From Candidatus Harpocratesius repetitus (GTDB lineage Archaea > Asgardarchaeota > Lokiarchaeia > Sigyniarchaeales > Promethearchaeaceae): a DNA stretch of 32,000 bases. Made by a program: the position numbers and the translations under genes. Below the pieces are notes generated by a model. That model was given only the letters and a program-made list of their open reading frames with translations. It was not told the origin of the DNA and searched no databases. Positions within the stretch are counted from its first letter, which is position 1. Every line of letters begins with the position of its first letter. Shown here piece after piece: positions 1-10,066 of the stretch. Where the stretch lies: assembly GCA_021498095.1 (NCBI GenBank), contig JAIZWK010000001.1:3420001-3452000 (forward strand), in the 5' to 3' direction.

Positions 1-1027
1 AAAGAGTTACAGTAATTTCTAAAGGAAGATTCCTTTTTCTTTGAAGAGCAAGGGTTAAATCAGAATACTGTAATGCTTTTTTAAATTTTCCCTTTTTATA
101 ATAAATTGAACTGATATTTCCTAATAACAGAGCAATTCCTCTTTGGTTTTCGATTTGGCGATTTATTTCTAATCCTTTTTCATAACTTTGCAGCGCTTTA
201 TCTAAAAAACCTTGCATTTCATAAAGATAGCCCAAATTGATGAAGTTAGTAGCTTGACCTAATTTATCGCCAATTTCTGCAAAAATAAGATTTGATTTCA
301 ATGTAAAATCAATTGCTTTTGGGTAGTATTTTTCAATTAATGAAAGATTTCCATATGCTTTCGCTAAATCTTTTTTTGTTCCAAACTTTTTACTCAACTC
401 CAAATTGAGTTTATAAAACCTTATAGCATTTTGGATTTCGCCTGAATACCAAGCAAAATTTCCCTTAATAGAAGTCAATTTTAGATTTCGTTTCCAATAA
501 TCTGTATTCTTATCATCGTTTTCTTCATTTTCATGATATTTGACATTCTTATTCTCTTCAACATTCGCTTTTTCTTCAATACTCTCATTATAGTCTTCCT
601 TTTTTATATTTTGAAGATATTTTTCGCATTTCTTGATTAAATCAGGAATTTCATCAAATTTCCCCAAATTAATTAATATTTCTAATTTAATAAGAGTAAG
701 ATCAAAAATTATTTGATTATTTGTTGTTTCTTCATATTTTTTCAAATTTTCATTAATTAAATCAAGATCTGAACCCAATTTTTTTGGAGATTCAAGATTC
801 TGTATTTTAATTCTAAAAAATATGATTTGTTCTTCTATTGATAGACTTTTTGAATCGATATTTTCTAATAATTTTAAAACTTCCATAAATTTGCATTCTT
901 TTCTTAGAATTTCTACCTTTTTAATTATATTCGCAATAGAAAACTGATCAGAAAGAAGTAACTCAGATTCTTGTGAAGATTCTTTTTGATTTATATGTTT
1001 TGAATGAATATAAGTGTTATTAGCCAT
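1..1027 (-). CDS. TPR-repeat protein (3' end runs off the left edge of the window)
   Basis: Hand translation from ATG at 1027 is open to base 1; TPR-like helices such as FINLGYLYEMQGFLDKALQSYEKGLEINRQIENQRGIALLLGNISSIYYKKGKFKKALQYS. Absent from the ORF track because there is no stop in the window. Confidence 0.85.
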   Translation of the reverse strand, partial: MANNTYIHSKHINQKESSQESELLLSDQFSIANIIKKVEILRKECKFMEVLKLLENIDSKSLSIEEQIIFFRIKIQNLESPKKLGSDLDLINENLKKYEETTNNQIIFDLTLIKLEILINLGKFDEIPDLIKKCEKYLQNIKKEDYNESIEEKANVEENKNVKYHENEENDDKNTDYWKRNLKLTSIKGNFAWYSGEIQNAIRFYKLNLELSKKFGTKKDLAKAYGNLSLIEKYYPKAIDFTLKSNLIFAEIGDKLGQATNFINLGYLYEMQGFLDKALQSYEKGLEINRQIENQRGIALLLGNISSIYYKKGKFKKALQYSDLTLALQRKRNLPLEITVTL

Positions 1028-1531
1028 TATATAAATTCCCGCTTTTTCTTTACGATAAAGTTAACAGTTAATTGATTGACATTATTGGTTTATTTCAAGA
1101 CTTTACGAAATATTTTCTTCTATTTTTGATTTAATCATGAGTAAAAAAGTACTACTCTATTTGCAGATTATTGATAAGTAATAAAATTCTTCCATAAAAC
1201 CATTTTATATCTATACTTTTTTATTAAAAAGCTTTAACTTTCGAACTGCAATTTAATTATTTTATTTTGTTATCTGATAATATCTCCAAGAATATTCATT
1301 ATTAGATTTAAAACTAATAAAATATCTAAGAAATTTGATATTACTTAAAAATTTTAAATCATTTGGAGAAATATAAATAGAAAAGAATTAGTAATAAAAA
1401 ATTAAGAATTATCAAGAAAAATAAGGAAGAAAAGAATAAAAATTGAAAAAAGTATGAAAAAATATTTTAAATTATCTGGCTCGCTGAACAAAGCCTAAAA
1501 AATAAGAGTTAAACTACTTTAGAGGTAGATG

Positions 1532-2352
1532 TCAATATTTCGAACCTTTTCCTAGAATTACCATTAAAATCGAAAAAAAGCATAAAAAGATGAAGATAGG
1601 ATATCCAGAAATATGTCTTTGTATCACTCCGGGTTCATTTTCTGAAAGACCACCGTCCATGATTTTCCATCCAAATGTATTGATAATGTACTGTCTGGAG
1701 TCGTTCGCAGATTTGCTATATTGTGAATTTCCAGCGTCAAATGAAATATTAGCTTGTAAAGATAATTTCGACCTAATTTCTCACAACCCCAGAAAGTTCC
1801 GCTTAAATCAGTTGTTCTGCTTAAGTCGGGAGAATCAGTAGCGGTTAAATTCAAATTTTCGCATCCTGCAAAATACCAGCCTGAATTTCCCAATTCCAAA
1901 GATCCCCACTGCAAAATTTCCGTTATTTTCAGTCTATCTCCGTCAAAATCAAAACACCATCCATTAATGATTCCATTGATGATTAGGGTGTAAATACCCG
2001 GTACGGAATAAGTATGGGTGACTTCTGCCTGATTCCAGGTGTTGATAACATCACTGGTTCCATCACCCCAATTCACCGTAAAATTATATGTCCCAGTAGA
2101 TTCTAGCGGTAATTTAATCTGGTTATTTTTACTAGATTCTCCACTTAGTAAATTTGTATTCCAAACCGATATAAAATCTTCAGAAGTAACACCTTTGAGA
2201 ATGATTTGTCCGCTTCTTTGGCTTTTTTCAGCAGTCGTTGCTGTGGTAGGTTGAAAAGAAAGAGGAAATGAAAGGACACTGCTTAGGCTCCCGAGCCCGA
2301 AAAGATATAACATAAAAAGGATTTGCCATTTATTTTTCATGTATTTTTTCAT
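1532..2352 (-). pseudogene. Exported PKD + BspA/DUF285-like surface protein, internally deleted and frameshifted
   Basis: N-terminal hydrophobic signal; PKD motif (YNFTVNWGDGTSDVI...HTYSVPGIYTLII); DUF285-type start (QWGSLELGNSGWYFAGCENLNLTATDSPDLS). At ~1772 another frame gives SKLSLQANISFDAGNSQYS...FGWKIMDGG...ISGYPIFIFLCFFSILMVILGKGSKY*, stop ending at 1532. Confidence 0.75.
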
Positions 2353-2571
2353 CTCATTATTTTATATTTTTTATTATTTACTTTAGCATTAATTAATTTG
2401 CGTTTAATAAATCCCAAGCCGCCGTAAAGAGATCTACTGCATTTAAGACTCTGGTATAACCAAAATTAATTTACTGAGATGTTCTAATTTGAAATTTGTC
2501 AAATCTTTCGCATTTCTTGTTTTTTCCACCTCGAATAAGATTTTAGAATATTATTTTTGCTCCAGTTATAT

Positions 2572-2985
2572 TTAATATGATATTATTTCGATATTCTGAA
2601 TTCGAATGAAATGGTCTGTATTCTTAGTAAGGATTCTTTTAATCCCATTAGAAATCGCAATTCCTGCAACTAAACCATCTCTAAATTCAATCTTTTTACC
2701 TTTTCTGATCAGAAAACCTAATATTTTCGCAGATTCTATTGCTGCCTTTCGTTCAAATGGTAATATTTGAAATTTCGATAATAATTCTTCTAAATGTATT
2801 TTTCTTGATTCTAATAGAGAAGGCTTTTTTTCTAATGTTTTATTTGCATAGAGCCCCAAATAAGTTTCAAATACATTGATTTCAGTTGTATAGAGTATTT
2901 CAGATGTATTTTTCATAAGAATATTTTTGGCATCATCCTTTTTTCGAAGGATATCAATAAGGAATGTAGTATCTGCAAGAATTAT
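2572..2985 (-). CDS. vapC: PIN-domain VapC-type toxin (start uncertain)
   Basis: The frame extends upstream of the ATG at 2916 as IILADTTFLIDILRKK, supplying the first PIN Asp; also TTEINVFE, DGLVAGIA and TKNTDHF motifs; adjacent to antitoxin. Confidence 0.8.
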   Translation of the reverse strand: MILADTTFLIDILRKKDDAKNILMKNTSEILYTTEINVFETYLGLYANKTLEKKPSLLESRKIHLEELLSKFQILPFERKAAIESAKILGFLIRKGKKIEFRDGLVAGIAISNGIKRILTKNTDHFIRIQNIEIISY

Positions 2986-2987
2986 TT

Positions 2988-3236
2988 TTAATCACCTGGA
3001 TTATATTCTGCTTTAAAATTCTTTTGAAAATTTTGTATTATACTATAATATTCATTATATTCGGATTGGCTCATATCTTCCCAACCTTTGGAATTGTCAA
3101 ACCATTCAATTAAATTTCCTGCTGTGAAATTCAAGCATAATCGCTCAATAGTATCTCCAAAACTTTCAGATGGCAATTTCATTTTCTTCAGAAGCATGTA
3201 TACTTTTTCGGTTACTGAAATTGTTTTTGATGCCAT
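2988..3236 (-). CDS. vapB: Archaeal VapB-type antitoxin (DUF217-like)
   Basis: MASKTISVTEKVYMLLKKMKLPSESFGDTIERL matches the archaeal KTISxSxEAYxxLxxxKxxxESFSDVIxRL pattern; lies directly upstream of the PIN gene. Confidence 0.8.
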   Translation of the reverse strand: MASKTISVTEKVYMLLKKMKLPSESFGDTIERLCLNFTAGNLIEWFDNSKGWEDMSQSEYNEYYSIIQNFQKNFKAEYNPGD

Positions 3237-3250
3237 AAAAAAATAACATC

Positions 3251-3272
3251 TACATATGTATATATATATTTC
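3251..3272 (-). promoter_or_regulatory. Putative vapBC promoter (TATA box) with 10-bp palindrome
   Basis: Minus strand GAAATATATATA about 25-30 nt upstream of the ATG at 3236 (leaderless geometry); perfect palindrome TACATATGTA at 3251-3260 between TATA box and start. Confidence 0.45.
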
Positions 3273-3835
3273 GAATTTTATTACTTAGTATTAAGTAGAA
3301 TTGATACAAATGCCCAATATTTCCCTAAAACAGGTTATTCCCGTATTACTAAAAATCTAAATGGAGATGTAATCACGAAAATTGATGGTACATTGTGTTG
3401 ATTCTCTAAAAGTCCAATAACTTTATCTCAAATATTCGGATGATAGAATGGTGCTTTAATCAGGACGATGTGCAACCGACGATTATTTTGTTAAGATATC
3501 AGTTAACGGAGATTCGCTTTCAAACGCCCACATATTGTCTTACGATGATATAATGCAGAAAATCAAGATTTAAGATGATTATAGATTTTATCCGTTTTTA
3601 CTCCATTTTCTTTTTTTATTTAGAATATTGGATGAAAGAAAAATATCTATAAAGAACAGGAGCCTCTAATAATACTTTTGTCTCTTATTATATTCCCCAA
3701 ATTTTACTTATTCTATATACTAAAAAAGTTTCTTTCGCTTATTAGGGAATTGTTTGTTCTTAAAATCACTATTCAAACTATGTTTCAAAACTTTTAATAG
3801 GTGTCTTGTCTTTAGTTTTCTCAGAATACATGATT

Positions 3836-3953
3836 GGGAAAGTGGTCTAGCTTGGTAACTGATTGATTTGCTCATTATGGGCAAATTAATGGCCAGATTG
3901 ATACTTGACTGGGGGTCAAGTGGTCGGGTGTTCAAATCATCCCTTTCCCACCA
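3836..3953 (+). tRNA. trnP: tRNA-Pro(GGG), intron-containing, genomic CCA
   Basis: Acceptor stem GGGAAAG/CTTTCCC; D stem GTCT/TGAT; anticodon stem CTTGA/TCAAG with loop CT-GGG-GG (anticodon 3911-3913); T arm GGGTG-TTCAAAT-CATCC; discriminator A3950; CCA at 3951-3953. Confidence 0.93.
3858..3898 (+). other. 41-nt tRNA intron at non-canonical position 21/22 with bulge-helix-bulge
   Basis: Central helix TTGG(3852-55)/CCAG(3893-96); 3-nt bulges TA^A and AT^T; 15-bp inner hairpin with one bulged G. Removal restores ...TTGGTA|TGAT..., the expected D-arm. Confidence 0.85.
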
Positions 3954-4089
3954 CTCTACAAATTCTGATTTTGAGCAAAAGTTAAACGATATAATGATGA
4001 TATTTGAAGATATGATTTTACATATAAATTTATTAAATGAGTCAAGCGAAAAAATTCATTATTTTTGAGCTAATTATAATAACTATAAT

Positions 4090-4986
4090 ATTTTTTTCCA
4101 TTTTTCAATGATGTTCAATTTCCTCTTTCAATTTTATCAATTTAAGTAAATATTCATAAAAAATTGAACAACAAAAAAGAAGTATTATATACAAAATTTA
4201 AATTTATTTTACTATACACAATAAAGTTGATAAAGAATAAGGTATATTGCCCAGAAAATGTAAAAAAAGGAAAGGGATTATCACTTACATATTATGAAAT
4301 ATAGAAATGAATATTGGTGTGATTGTTATGAAAAAAGGAAGCATTTATGTCTTATTAGCAGTCTTGATGATAAGCGCTTTTGTTACCGCCCCTGGCGCAG
4401 TTTTTGCTGCAGAAGATACTGATACCATGAACTATGGTGTTGGTTCTTTGATGGTCGATTTAGACCCCCAAATGGCACGGGACAGCGCTTCAATTGATGT
4501 TATTGATCAAGTCTGTGAAGGATTGTTCGGCTATAATTTAAGCGATCCTAACTCAGCCATTATTCCAGTTCTTGCTGAAAGTTTAGGAACTTGGAATGCT
4601 GACGCCACTGAATATACCGTCACCTTAAAAGAAGGTATTACCTTCCACGATGATACTGCTTTTGATGCAAATGATGTTAAATTCACTTTTGACCGATTGA
4701 ACTATTTAATCGAAAATCGTATGACTCAAATTGCAGAATTATATGAACCTTTAGCCTCTCTTTATCCAGGTACTCCCTTACTTATTAATGAAATTGAAGT
4801 TATTGATGAGTATACAGTTAGATTCCATTTAAACTACCCATATGTGCCTTTTGTGGCTTTATTATGTTTCAGTGGTTCATATATCTTACCTGATGGTGGT
4901 TCTATTCCTGCTGAAGAATTATTAGATACTGCAACTGATGTGTTAGTTGGAACTGGCCCATACAAATATATTGAAAAAACTAATGA
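4090..4986 (+). repeat. ~900-bp near-identical block, copy 1 (promoter + 5' third of SBP gene 1)
   Basis: Matches 12311-13207 at a constant offset of 8221 with about 11 substitutions by manual count; similarity drops sharply afterwards. Confidence 0.85.
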
Positions 4987-6181
4987 GTATACTAAACTAT
5001 CCTATTTTGCCGATTGGCATGGTGAACGTCCAGAACATTTTATAAAGAACATTAAATTTTTATTATACAACGATACAACTGAAAAAAGTCAAGCTTTTCT
5101 TAATGGAAACTTAGATTGGGTAGATGGAATTTTACCTGAATTCTTACCTCAATTTGAAGCTTCCGACCAATTTGTTATGGGTGAACAACGACAAAGCACA
5201 GTTATCTATTATTTGGCGATGAACAACCAAAAGATAAATAAAACTATGCGCCAAGCAATCAGTTATACTTTCGATTACGATTACGTTATCAATAACTTAG
5301 CATTAGGTAATGCGGCTCGATTGACATCACCAGTTCCAGAAGGCATCTTGTATCACAATCCTGACATTGATTATTCTATCAATAATGTAACCCATGCTCG
5401 ACAAATTTTAATCAATGCAGGTATCGTTAATGGTGCTGCTTATCCTGCTGATGATGATTTTGCATGGTATACTTTAGCAACAAAAAATCCAATTGCAACC
5501 TATTATTATACTTGGAACTCTGGAAATGAATTCCGAGCGGATTTAGGTGTTTTATGTGCTGATAACCTCAAGAAAATAGGCATTGCAATTACTCTTAACC
5601 CAATCACTTGGTATGAATATATAACCATACTGTTTTCTGAACCTTGGAAATTAGAATTGTTCATGATAGGTTGGGCACCTAACTACAACGACCCAAGCGA
5701 CTATATTAATTCATTTTTCTCACCAACTTCTTCATCAAATTTAGCTCTGGTAAATGACACATATTTGAATGATTTGATGAACGATGGATTAACTGAAACA
5801 GATTCAGATGAACGTCGTGATATCTATTACGAAATTCAACGCTACATTGTTGAAGATTTAATGCCATGGATATTCTTATATGTACCTTTAAGCCAAACTA
5901 TCCGAAATGTTTATGTAGATGGAATCCAAGATAATCCGATGAATAAATTATGTTTTGCGACAATGTTTTGGAACAATAGTGAAATTTCTCCCGATGATAC
6001 TTCAACTGACGACACAACAAGCAATGATACAAATACTGATGATAATGCTACTGATGATGAAAATAACTCGAATGCAAATATAACTGAGAGTATTCCAGGT
6101 TACATGATAGGATTTCTTGGTTTAATTACGTTGTTAAGTGTAACTGTTTTAATGTTAAAAAAGTGCTTTCGATCCAGCTGA
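4307..6181 (+). CDS. ABC transporter solute-binding protein, family 5 (peptide/nickel-like), with Loki-CTERM-like anchor; paralog 1
   Basis: DLDPQ...VCEGLFGY, YTVTLKEGITFHDDTAFDANDVKFTFDR, VGTGPYK and MRQAISY motifs; Thr/Asp linker then SIPGY-TM-KK. Likely start is the ATG at 4328, after a GGTG-type SD. Confidence 0.92.
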   Translation: MNIGVIVMKKGSIYVLLAVLMISAFVTAPGAVFAAEDTDTMNYGVGSLMVDLDPQMARDSASIDVIDQVCEGLFGYNLSDPNSAIIPVLAESLGTWNADATEYTVTLKEGITFHDDTAFDANDVKFTFDRLNYLIENRMTQIAELYEPLASLYPGTPLLINEIEVIDEYTVRFHLNYPYVPFVALLCFSGSYILPDGGSIPAEELLDTATDVLVGTGPYKYIEKTNEYTKLSYFADWHGERPEHFIKNIKFLLYNDTTEKSQAFLNGNLDWVDGILPEFLPQFEASDQFVMGEQRQSTVIYYLAMNNQKINKTMRQAISYTFDYDYVINNLALGNAARLTSPVPEGILYHNPDIDYSINNVTHARQILINAGIVNGAAYPADDDFAWYTLATKNPIATYYYTWNSGNEFRADLGVLCADNLKKIGIAITLNPITWYEYITILFSEPWKLELFMIGWAPNYNDPSDYINSFFSPTSSSNLALVNDTYLNDLMNDGLTETDSDERRDIYYEIQRYIVEDLMPWIFLYVPLSQTIRNVYVDGIQDNPMNKLCFATMFWNNSEISPDDTSTDDTTSNDTNTDDNATDDENNSNANITESIPGYMIGFLGLITLLSVTVLMLKKCFRSS

Positions 6182-6532
6182 TTCAATGGACATTTCAACT
6201 TTTCTTTCATCAATCTTTAAGGCTCTTTCTTTAATTCATAATAATTAACCTACTTTTTTCTTTTTGTAAAAACAATTACTGATCTATTGAGTTATATCGA
6301 ATTTTCTAAAATATATAATAAAAGAACATAATTGATAAAGGGACAGGTATGTTTCAATTTTACATATCTAATAGTAGTTGTAAAAATTAGAAATACAACA
6401 TGGAATTATAAATACATGCACATAATTAGAGTTGAATAATTTATGCAGATTTTTTCCAGATTCGGCATAATTACTAATTTTTTGTCAATTTTGATTAACT
6501 TTTAGCAAAATTTCAAAAAAGATTGAGGGAGA

Positions 6533-6548
6533 AAAAAAGTTTTATATA
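6533..6548 (+). promoter_or_regulatory. Putative BRE/TATA of SBP paralog 2
   Basis: AAAAAAG-TTTTATATA; the homologous TATTATATA lies at 4183-4191 and 12404-12412; CACAATAAAGT is shared downstream in all three promoters. Confidence 0.4.
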
Positions 6549-6661
6549 GAAAATGAGGAAAATTTATTATAATGCACAATAAAGTAGAGAAAAACACTAT
6601 AAAACTAACAAAATGAAAAAAAGAGAAGATAACTTTTTTTTCTGTTTATTGTGAATTAGAA

Positions 6662-8590
6662 ATGTCGAGATTTATTGTGATTGTTATGAAAAAAGGAAGC
6701 TTTTATGTCTTATTAACAGTCTTGATGATAAGCGCTTTTGCTACCGCCCCTGCCGCAGTTTTTGCTGCAGAAGATACTGATACCATGAACTATGGTGTTA
6801 GTTCATTGGGTTACGATTTAGACCCCCAAATGGCGTGGGACACTTCTTCATTTATAGTGATTGATCAAGTCTGTGAAGGATTGTTTGGTTATGATTTAAG
6901 TGATCCTAACTTGGCTATTATTCCAGTTCTTGCAGAAAGTTTAGGAACTTGGAATGCTGACGCAACGGAATATACAGTTACCTTAAAAGAGGGTATTAAA
7001 TTTCATGATGGTTCTGATTTTAATGCATTTGATGTTAAATTTACATTCGATCGATTGAACTATTTAATCGAAAATGAGATGACTCAGATTGAAGAATTGT
7101 ATGAACCTTTAGCTGATCTATATCCAGAAAAACCTTTACTCGTCAATAATACTGAAATTGTAGATGCATATGTTATAAAATTCCACTTAAACTACCCTTA
7201 TGTACCTTTTGTGTCTTTATTATGTTTTAGCGGTTCATACATCTTACCTAATGGTGGCTCTATTCCTGAACATGAATTATTAGATACTGCAACTGATACT
7301 TTAGTTGGAACTGGTCCATACAAATACATTGAGAGAACTGACGAATATACTAAATTAGAATATTTTGCCGATTGGCATGGTGAACGACCAGAACATTTCA
7401 TAAAGAACATTGTGTTTTTATTATTCAATGATGCAACTGCCAAAAATCAAGCATTTCTTGATGGAGACTTAGATTGGGTTGATGGTTCTTTACCAGAATT
7501 CTTACCTCAATTTGAAGCTTCCGACCAATTTATTGTTAGTGAACCACAAAAAACGGCAATTATCTTGTACATGGGTATGAACAACCAAAAGATAAATAAG
7601 ACTATGCGTCAAGCAATCAGCTATGCTTTCGATTACGATTATGTTATCGATAACTTAGCATTAAGCAAAGCTGCTCGATTAACCTCACCTGTTCCAGAAG
7701 GTACCATGTATCACAACCCAGACCTTAATTATCCTAAGTTAAACGTTACCCACGCTCGGCAAATATTGATCGATGCCGGTATTGTTAATGGAACCGTTTA
7801 TCCAGTAGATGATGATTTTGCTTGGTATAATTTAGCGACAAATAATCCAATTGCAACCTATAATTATACTTGGAATGATGGAAACTCTTTTCGTGAAGGC
7901 TTAGGCATTTTGTGTGCTGATTATCTCCAAAAAATTGGTATTGCTGTTACTTTCAATCCAATCACCTGGGGTGAATACTTAACCTTATTGTTTATTGAAC
8001 CTTGGAAATTAGAATTGTACATGTTAGGTTGGGGACCTGATTACAACGACCCAAGCAACTTCATTAATCCATTGTTCTCACCGATATCTTCATATAATTA
8101 TAATTTTGCTCAAGTAGATGATACAACTTTAAACAATTTGATGGACGATGGATTAATTGAAACAGATCCAGATGCACGTCGTGATATCTATTACGAAATT
8201 CAACGATACATTGTTGAAGATTTAATGCCATGGGTATTCTTATATGTACCATTATTCCAAGAGATTCATCCTGTCTATATAGATGGAATTCAAAGTAATC
8301 CAATGGGTAAGAACTATTTTGCCTCAATGTTTTGGAGCAATGATGAAATTCCTCCCGATGATACTACAACTGACGATACTGCAACCGATGATACTACATC
8401 GGATGATACAACGATGGATAACACAACAAGCAATGATGTAAATACGGATGATAATGCTACTGACGATGAAAATAACCCTTTTGCTAATATAATTGAAAGT
8501 ATTCCAGGATACAGAGCAGGATTTCTTGGTATAATTACGTTATTAAGTGTAGCTACTTTAATATTAAAAAATCGTAATCGATTTGATTGA
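6662..8590 (+). CDS. ABC solute-binding protein, family 5, Loki-CTERM-like anchor; paralog 2
   Basis: Same motif set as paralog 1; ends SIPGYRAG-TM-KNRNRFD. Likely start is the ATG at 6686. Confidence 0.92.
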   Translation: MSRFIVIVMKKGSFYVLLTVLMISAFATAPAAVFAAEDTDTMNYGVSSLGYDLDPQMAWDTSSFIVIDQVCEGLFGYDLSDPNLAIIPVLAESLGTWNADATEYTVTLKEGIKFHDGSDFNAFDVKFTFDRLNYLIENEMTQIEELYEPLADLYPEKPLLVNNTEIVDAYVIKFHLNYPYVPFVSLLCFSGSYILPNGGSIPEHELLDTATDTLVGTGPYKYIERTDEYTKLEYFADWHGERPEHFIKNIVFLLFNDATAKNQAFLDGDLDWVDGSLPEFLPQFEASDQFIVSEPQKTAIILYMGMNNQKINKTMRQAISYAFDYDYVIDNLALSKAARLTSPVPEGTMYHNPDLNYPKLNVTHARQILIDAGIVNGTVYPVDDDFAWYNLATNNPIATYNYTWNDGNSFREGLGILCADYLQKIGIAVTFNPITWGEYLTLLFIEPWKLELYMLGWGPDYNDPSNFINPLFSPISSYNYNFAQVDDTTLNNLMDDGLIETDPDARRDIYYEIQRYIVEDLMPWVFLYVPLFQEIHPVYIDGIQSNPMGKNYFASMFWSNDEIPPDDTTTDDTATDDTTSDDTTMDNTTSNDVNTDDNATDDENNPFANIIESIPGYRAGFLGIITLLSVATLILKNRNRFD

Positions 8591-8630
8591 TTTATATGTT
8601 TTTATTTCAATTTTCGTGACATTTTTTTAT

Positions 8631-10066
8631 CAGTTCCCAATGAAATAATGTTTTTTACATTTTCTTTCCTTCCTTTTTTGTTTCAGTCGAAATTTGAAGA
8701 TTTAGAGGTTAATTGTCTGAGAAATTTCATCTACAAGCCAATCTCGAAACTCTTGAAAGGTCAAACGTCTCTCTGGGCGAATTTGATCTCGTTCGAATTG
8801 CCACATATTAAAGAGCAGATATTTCCCCATTTCAGCAAAGAGTCGAGTTGCATCGTTGTTTGACCGCCAAATTCCTTTATGCACCTCCACATCGCGAAAA
8901 GCGGTTTCGATCTGCCATCTCATTTTGTAATAACGCTTGATCAAATACACGAACGATTTCGAGCGATATTGTGGCGCAATAGTGGTAATTAAACCATAAA
9001 TTTGCTCGGATGCCTCTGCTAAACTTAGACATCCTTGTCGATAAGCGGTTTTTATTTCACCTAAAGATTGATTACCTCTTGGATATAAATGTACCCAATT
9101 GCGCATCAATTTCTTATTTCGATTATTAGTTGATTTAGGTCTTATGAAATATGTCTGAATTCGGCCCTTTTCACCTTTTAAATACTGTTCTTTGGCCAGT
9201 TTCAGCTGTTTATAATTTTTAGCAGGAGTGACAACAGAAACATCACGATCTTTAAATGATCTCAAAATATCGTGTCGATAATATTCGCGATCTATGACAC
9301 AAATCTTTATTTTTAGACCTAAATATTGGAGCCATTCCACAATTTTTAGCATAAAAAGGATTTTCGACTCTCGATTGGCAACATGATGGCAACCAATAAA
9401 TAATGAAGTAGAATTTCCATGAATGAGCGCACCATGATAATGACGAATTCGTCTGGTACCTTTAACCATCCGACTTCCTTTGATCAGCGCATCCCTCCGT
9501 TTTCCCCAATATCCTAAGTATGTAAGGTCAAATTCTAAAACATAACCAGTTCGATCAGGATTTTTTAGAAATACACGCTGAATCATTTTTTCAAACACAA
9601 TTCGATAGATTTCCTCGATTTTTTCAGGTGATTGGGTACGTAACCAATCATTAATTGTTGTTTGGTGCGGAAAAGCGCGTGATTTTCGTCCATCATGAAA
9701 TATTTTTGGTTGAAAGTTCAAAAATTTAGATGCCCACCGTTCCAATTTTTCGGAGGCATGATGAATTGAGACACCACGAATCCAACAATAGCAGAGAACC
9801 GTCAAAATTTCATCTAAACTCCATTTGCGCCCAATACGTTGATTTGAAAGGTTCAAAGTATGTCGAATCGATTTCGCAAGATTTTTGAAGAACGAAATCT
9901 TATTAAAATATGGATAACGTGTACCGAATCGTGAAATTCGATGCACGGCTTGAGTTTTTATGCTCATATAATAACTCAAGTATCCATTTAATTTATTCTC
10001 GTTGATGCAAACACTAGATAATCATGCTATTTCAATTATTTATTTTTGTCGAATCGTTGAGAACTG
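8631..10066 (-). mobile_element. ISH3-like (IS4 superfamily) insertion sequence, apparently complete
   Basis: Imperfect TIRs CAGTTCCCAATGA (8631) and reverse complement CAGTTCTCAACGA (ending 10066); flanked by direct repeat TTTTAT (8625-8630, 10067-10072); single transposase inside. Confidence 0.85.
8702..9967 (-). CDS. DDE transposase, ISH3/IS4-like
   Basis: FDLTY (D1), VIDREY (D2) and YKMRWQIETAFR (Y-2-R-3-E motif); ATG at 9967 (the ORF track extends to TTG at 9979). Confidence 0.88.
   Translation of the reverse strand: MSIKTQAVHRISRFGTRYPYFNKISFFKNLAKSIRHTLNLSNQRIGRKWSLDEILTVLCYCWIRGVSIHHASEKLERWASKFLNFQPKIFHDGRKSRAFPHQTTINDWLRTQSPEKIEEIYRIVFEKMIQRVFLKNPDRTGYVLEFDLTYLGYWGKRRDALIKGSRMVKGTRRIRHYHGALIHGNSTSLFIGCHHVANRESKILFMLKIVEWLQYLGLKIKICVIDREYYRHDILRSFKDRDVSVVTPAKNYKQLKLAKEQYLKGEKGRIQTYFIRPKSTNNRNKKLMRNWVHLYPRGNQSLGEIKTAYRQGCLSLAEASEQIYGLITTIAPQYRSKSFVYLIKRYYKMRWQIETAFRDVEVHKGIWRSNNDATRLFAEMGKYLLFNMWQFERDQIRPERRLTFQEFRDWLVDEISQTINL

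Noticed and set aside
1590-2254. Plus-strand ORFs 1590-1841 and 2039-2254
   Set aside because: Antisense shadows of the PKD/BspA gene with no motifs.
2395-2560. Minus-strand FQIRTSQ*INFGYTRVLNAVDLFTAAW, faintly like an IS4/ISH3 C-terminus
   Set aside because: Too short and degenerate; no catalytic motif or termini.
3310-3590. NGDVITKIDG, PDZ-like fragment
   Set aside because: No start codon, stops within a few codons, no further PDZ pattern.
3930-3953. tRNA 3' end as an integration (att) site for an island
   Set aside because: No second copy of the 3' end and no integrase noticed in the window.
3720-4068. ORFs 3720-3935 (-) and 3868-4068 (+)
   Set aside because: They overlap the tRNA-Pro gene and intron; spurious.
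7198-8327. Minus-strand ORFs inside SBP2 (also 13055-13273 inside SBP3)
   Set aside because: Antisense shadows of well-supported genes.
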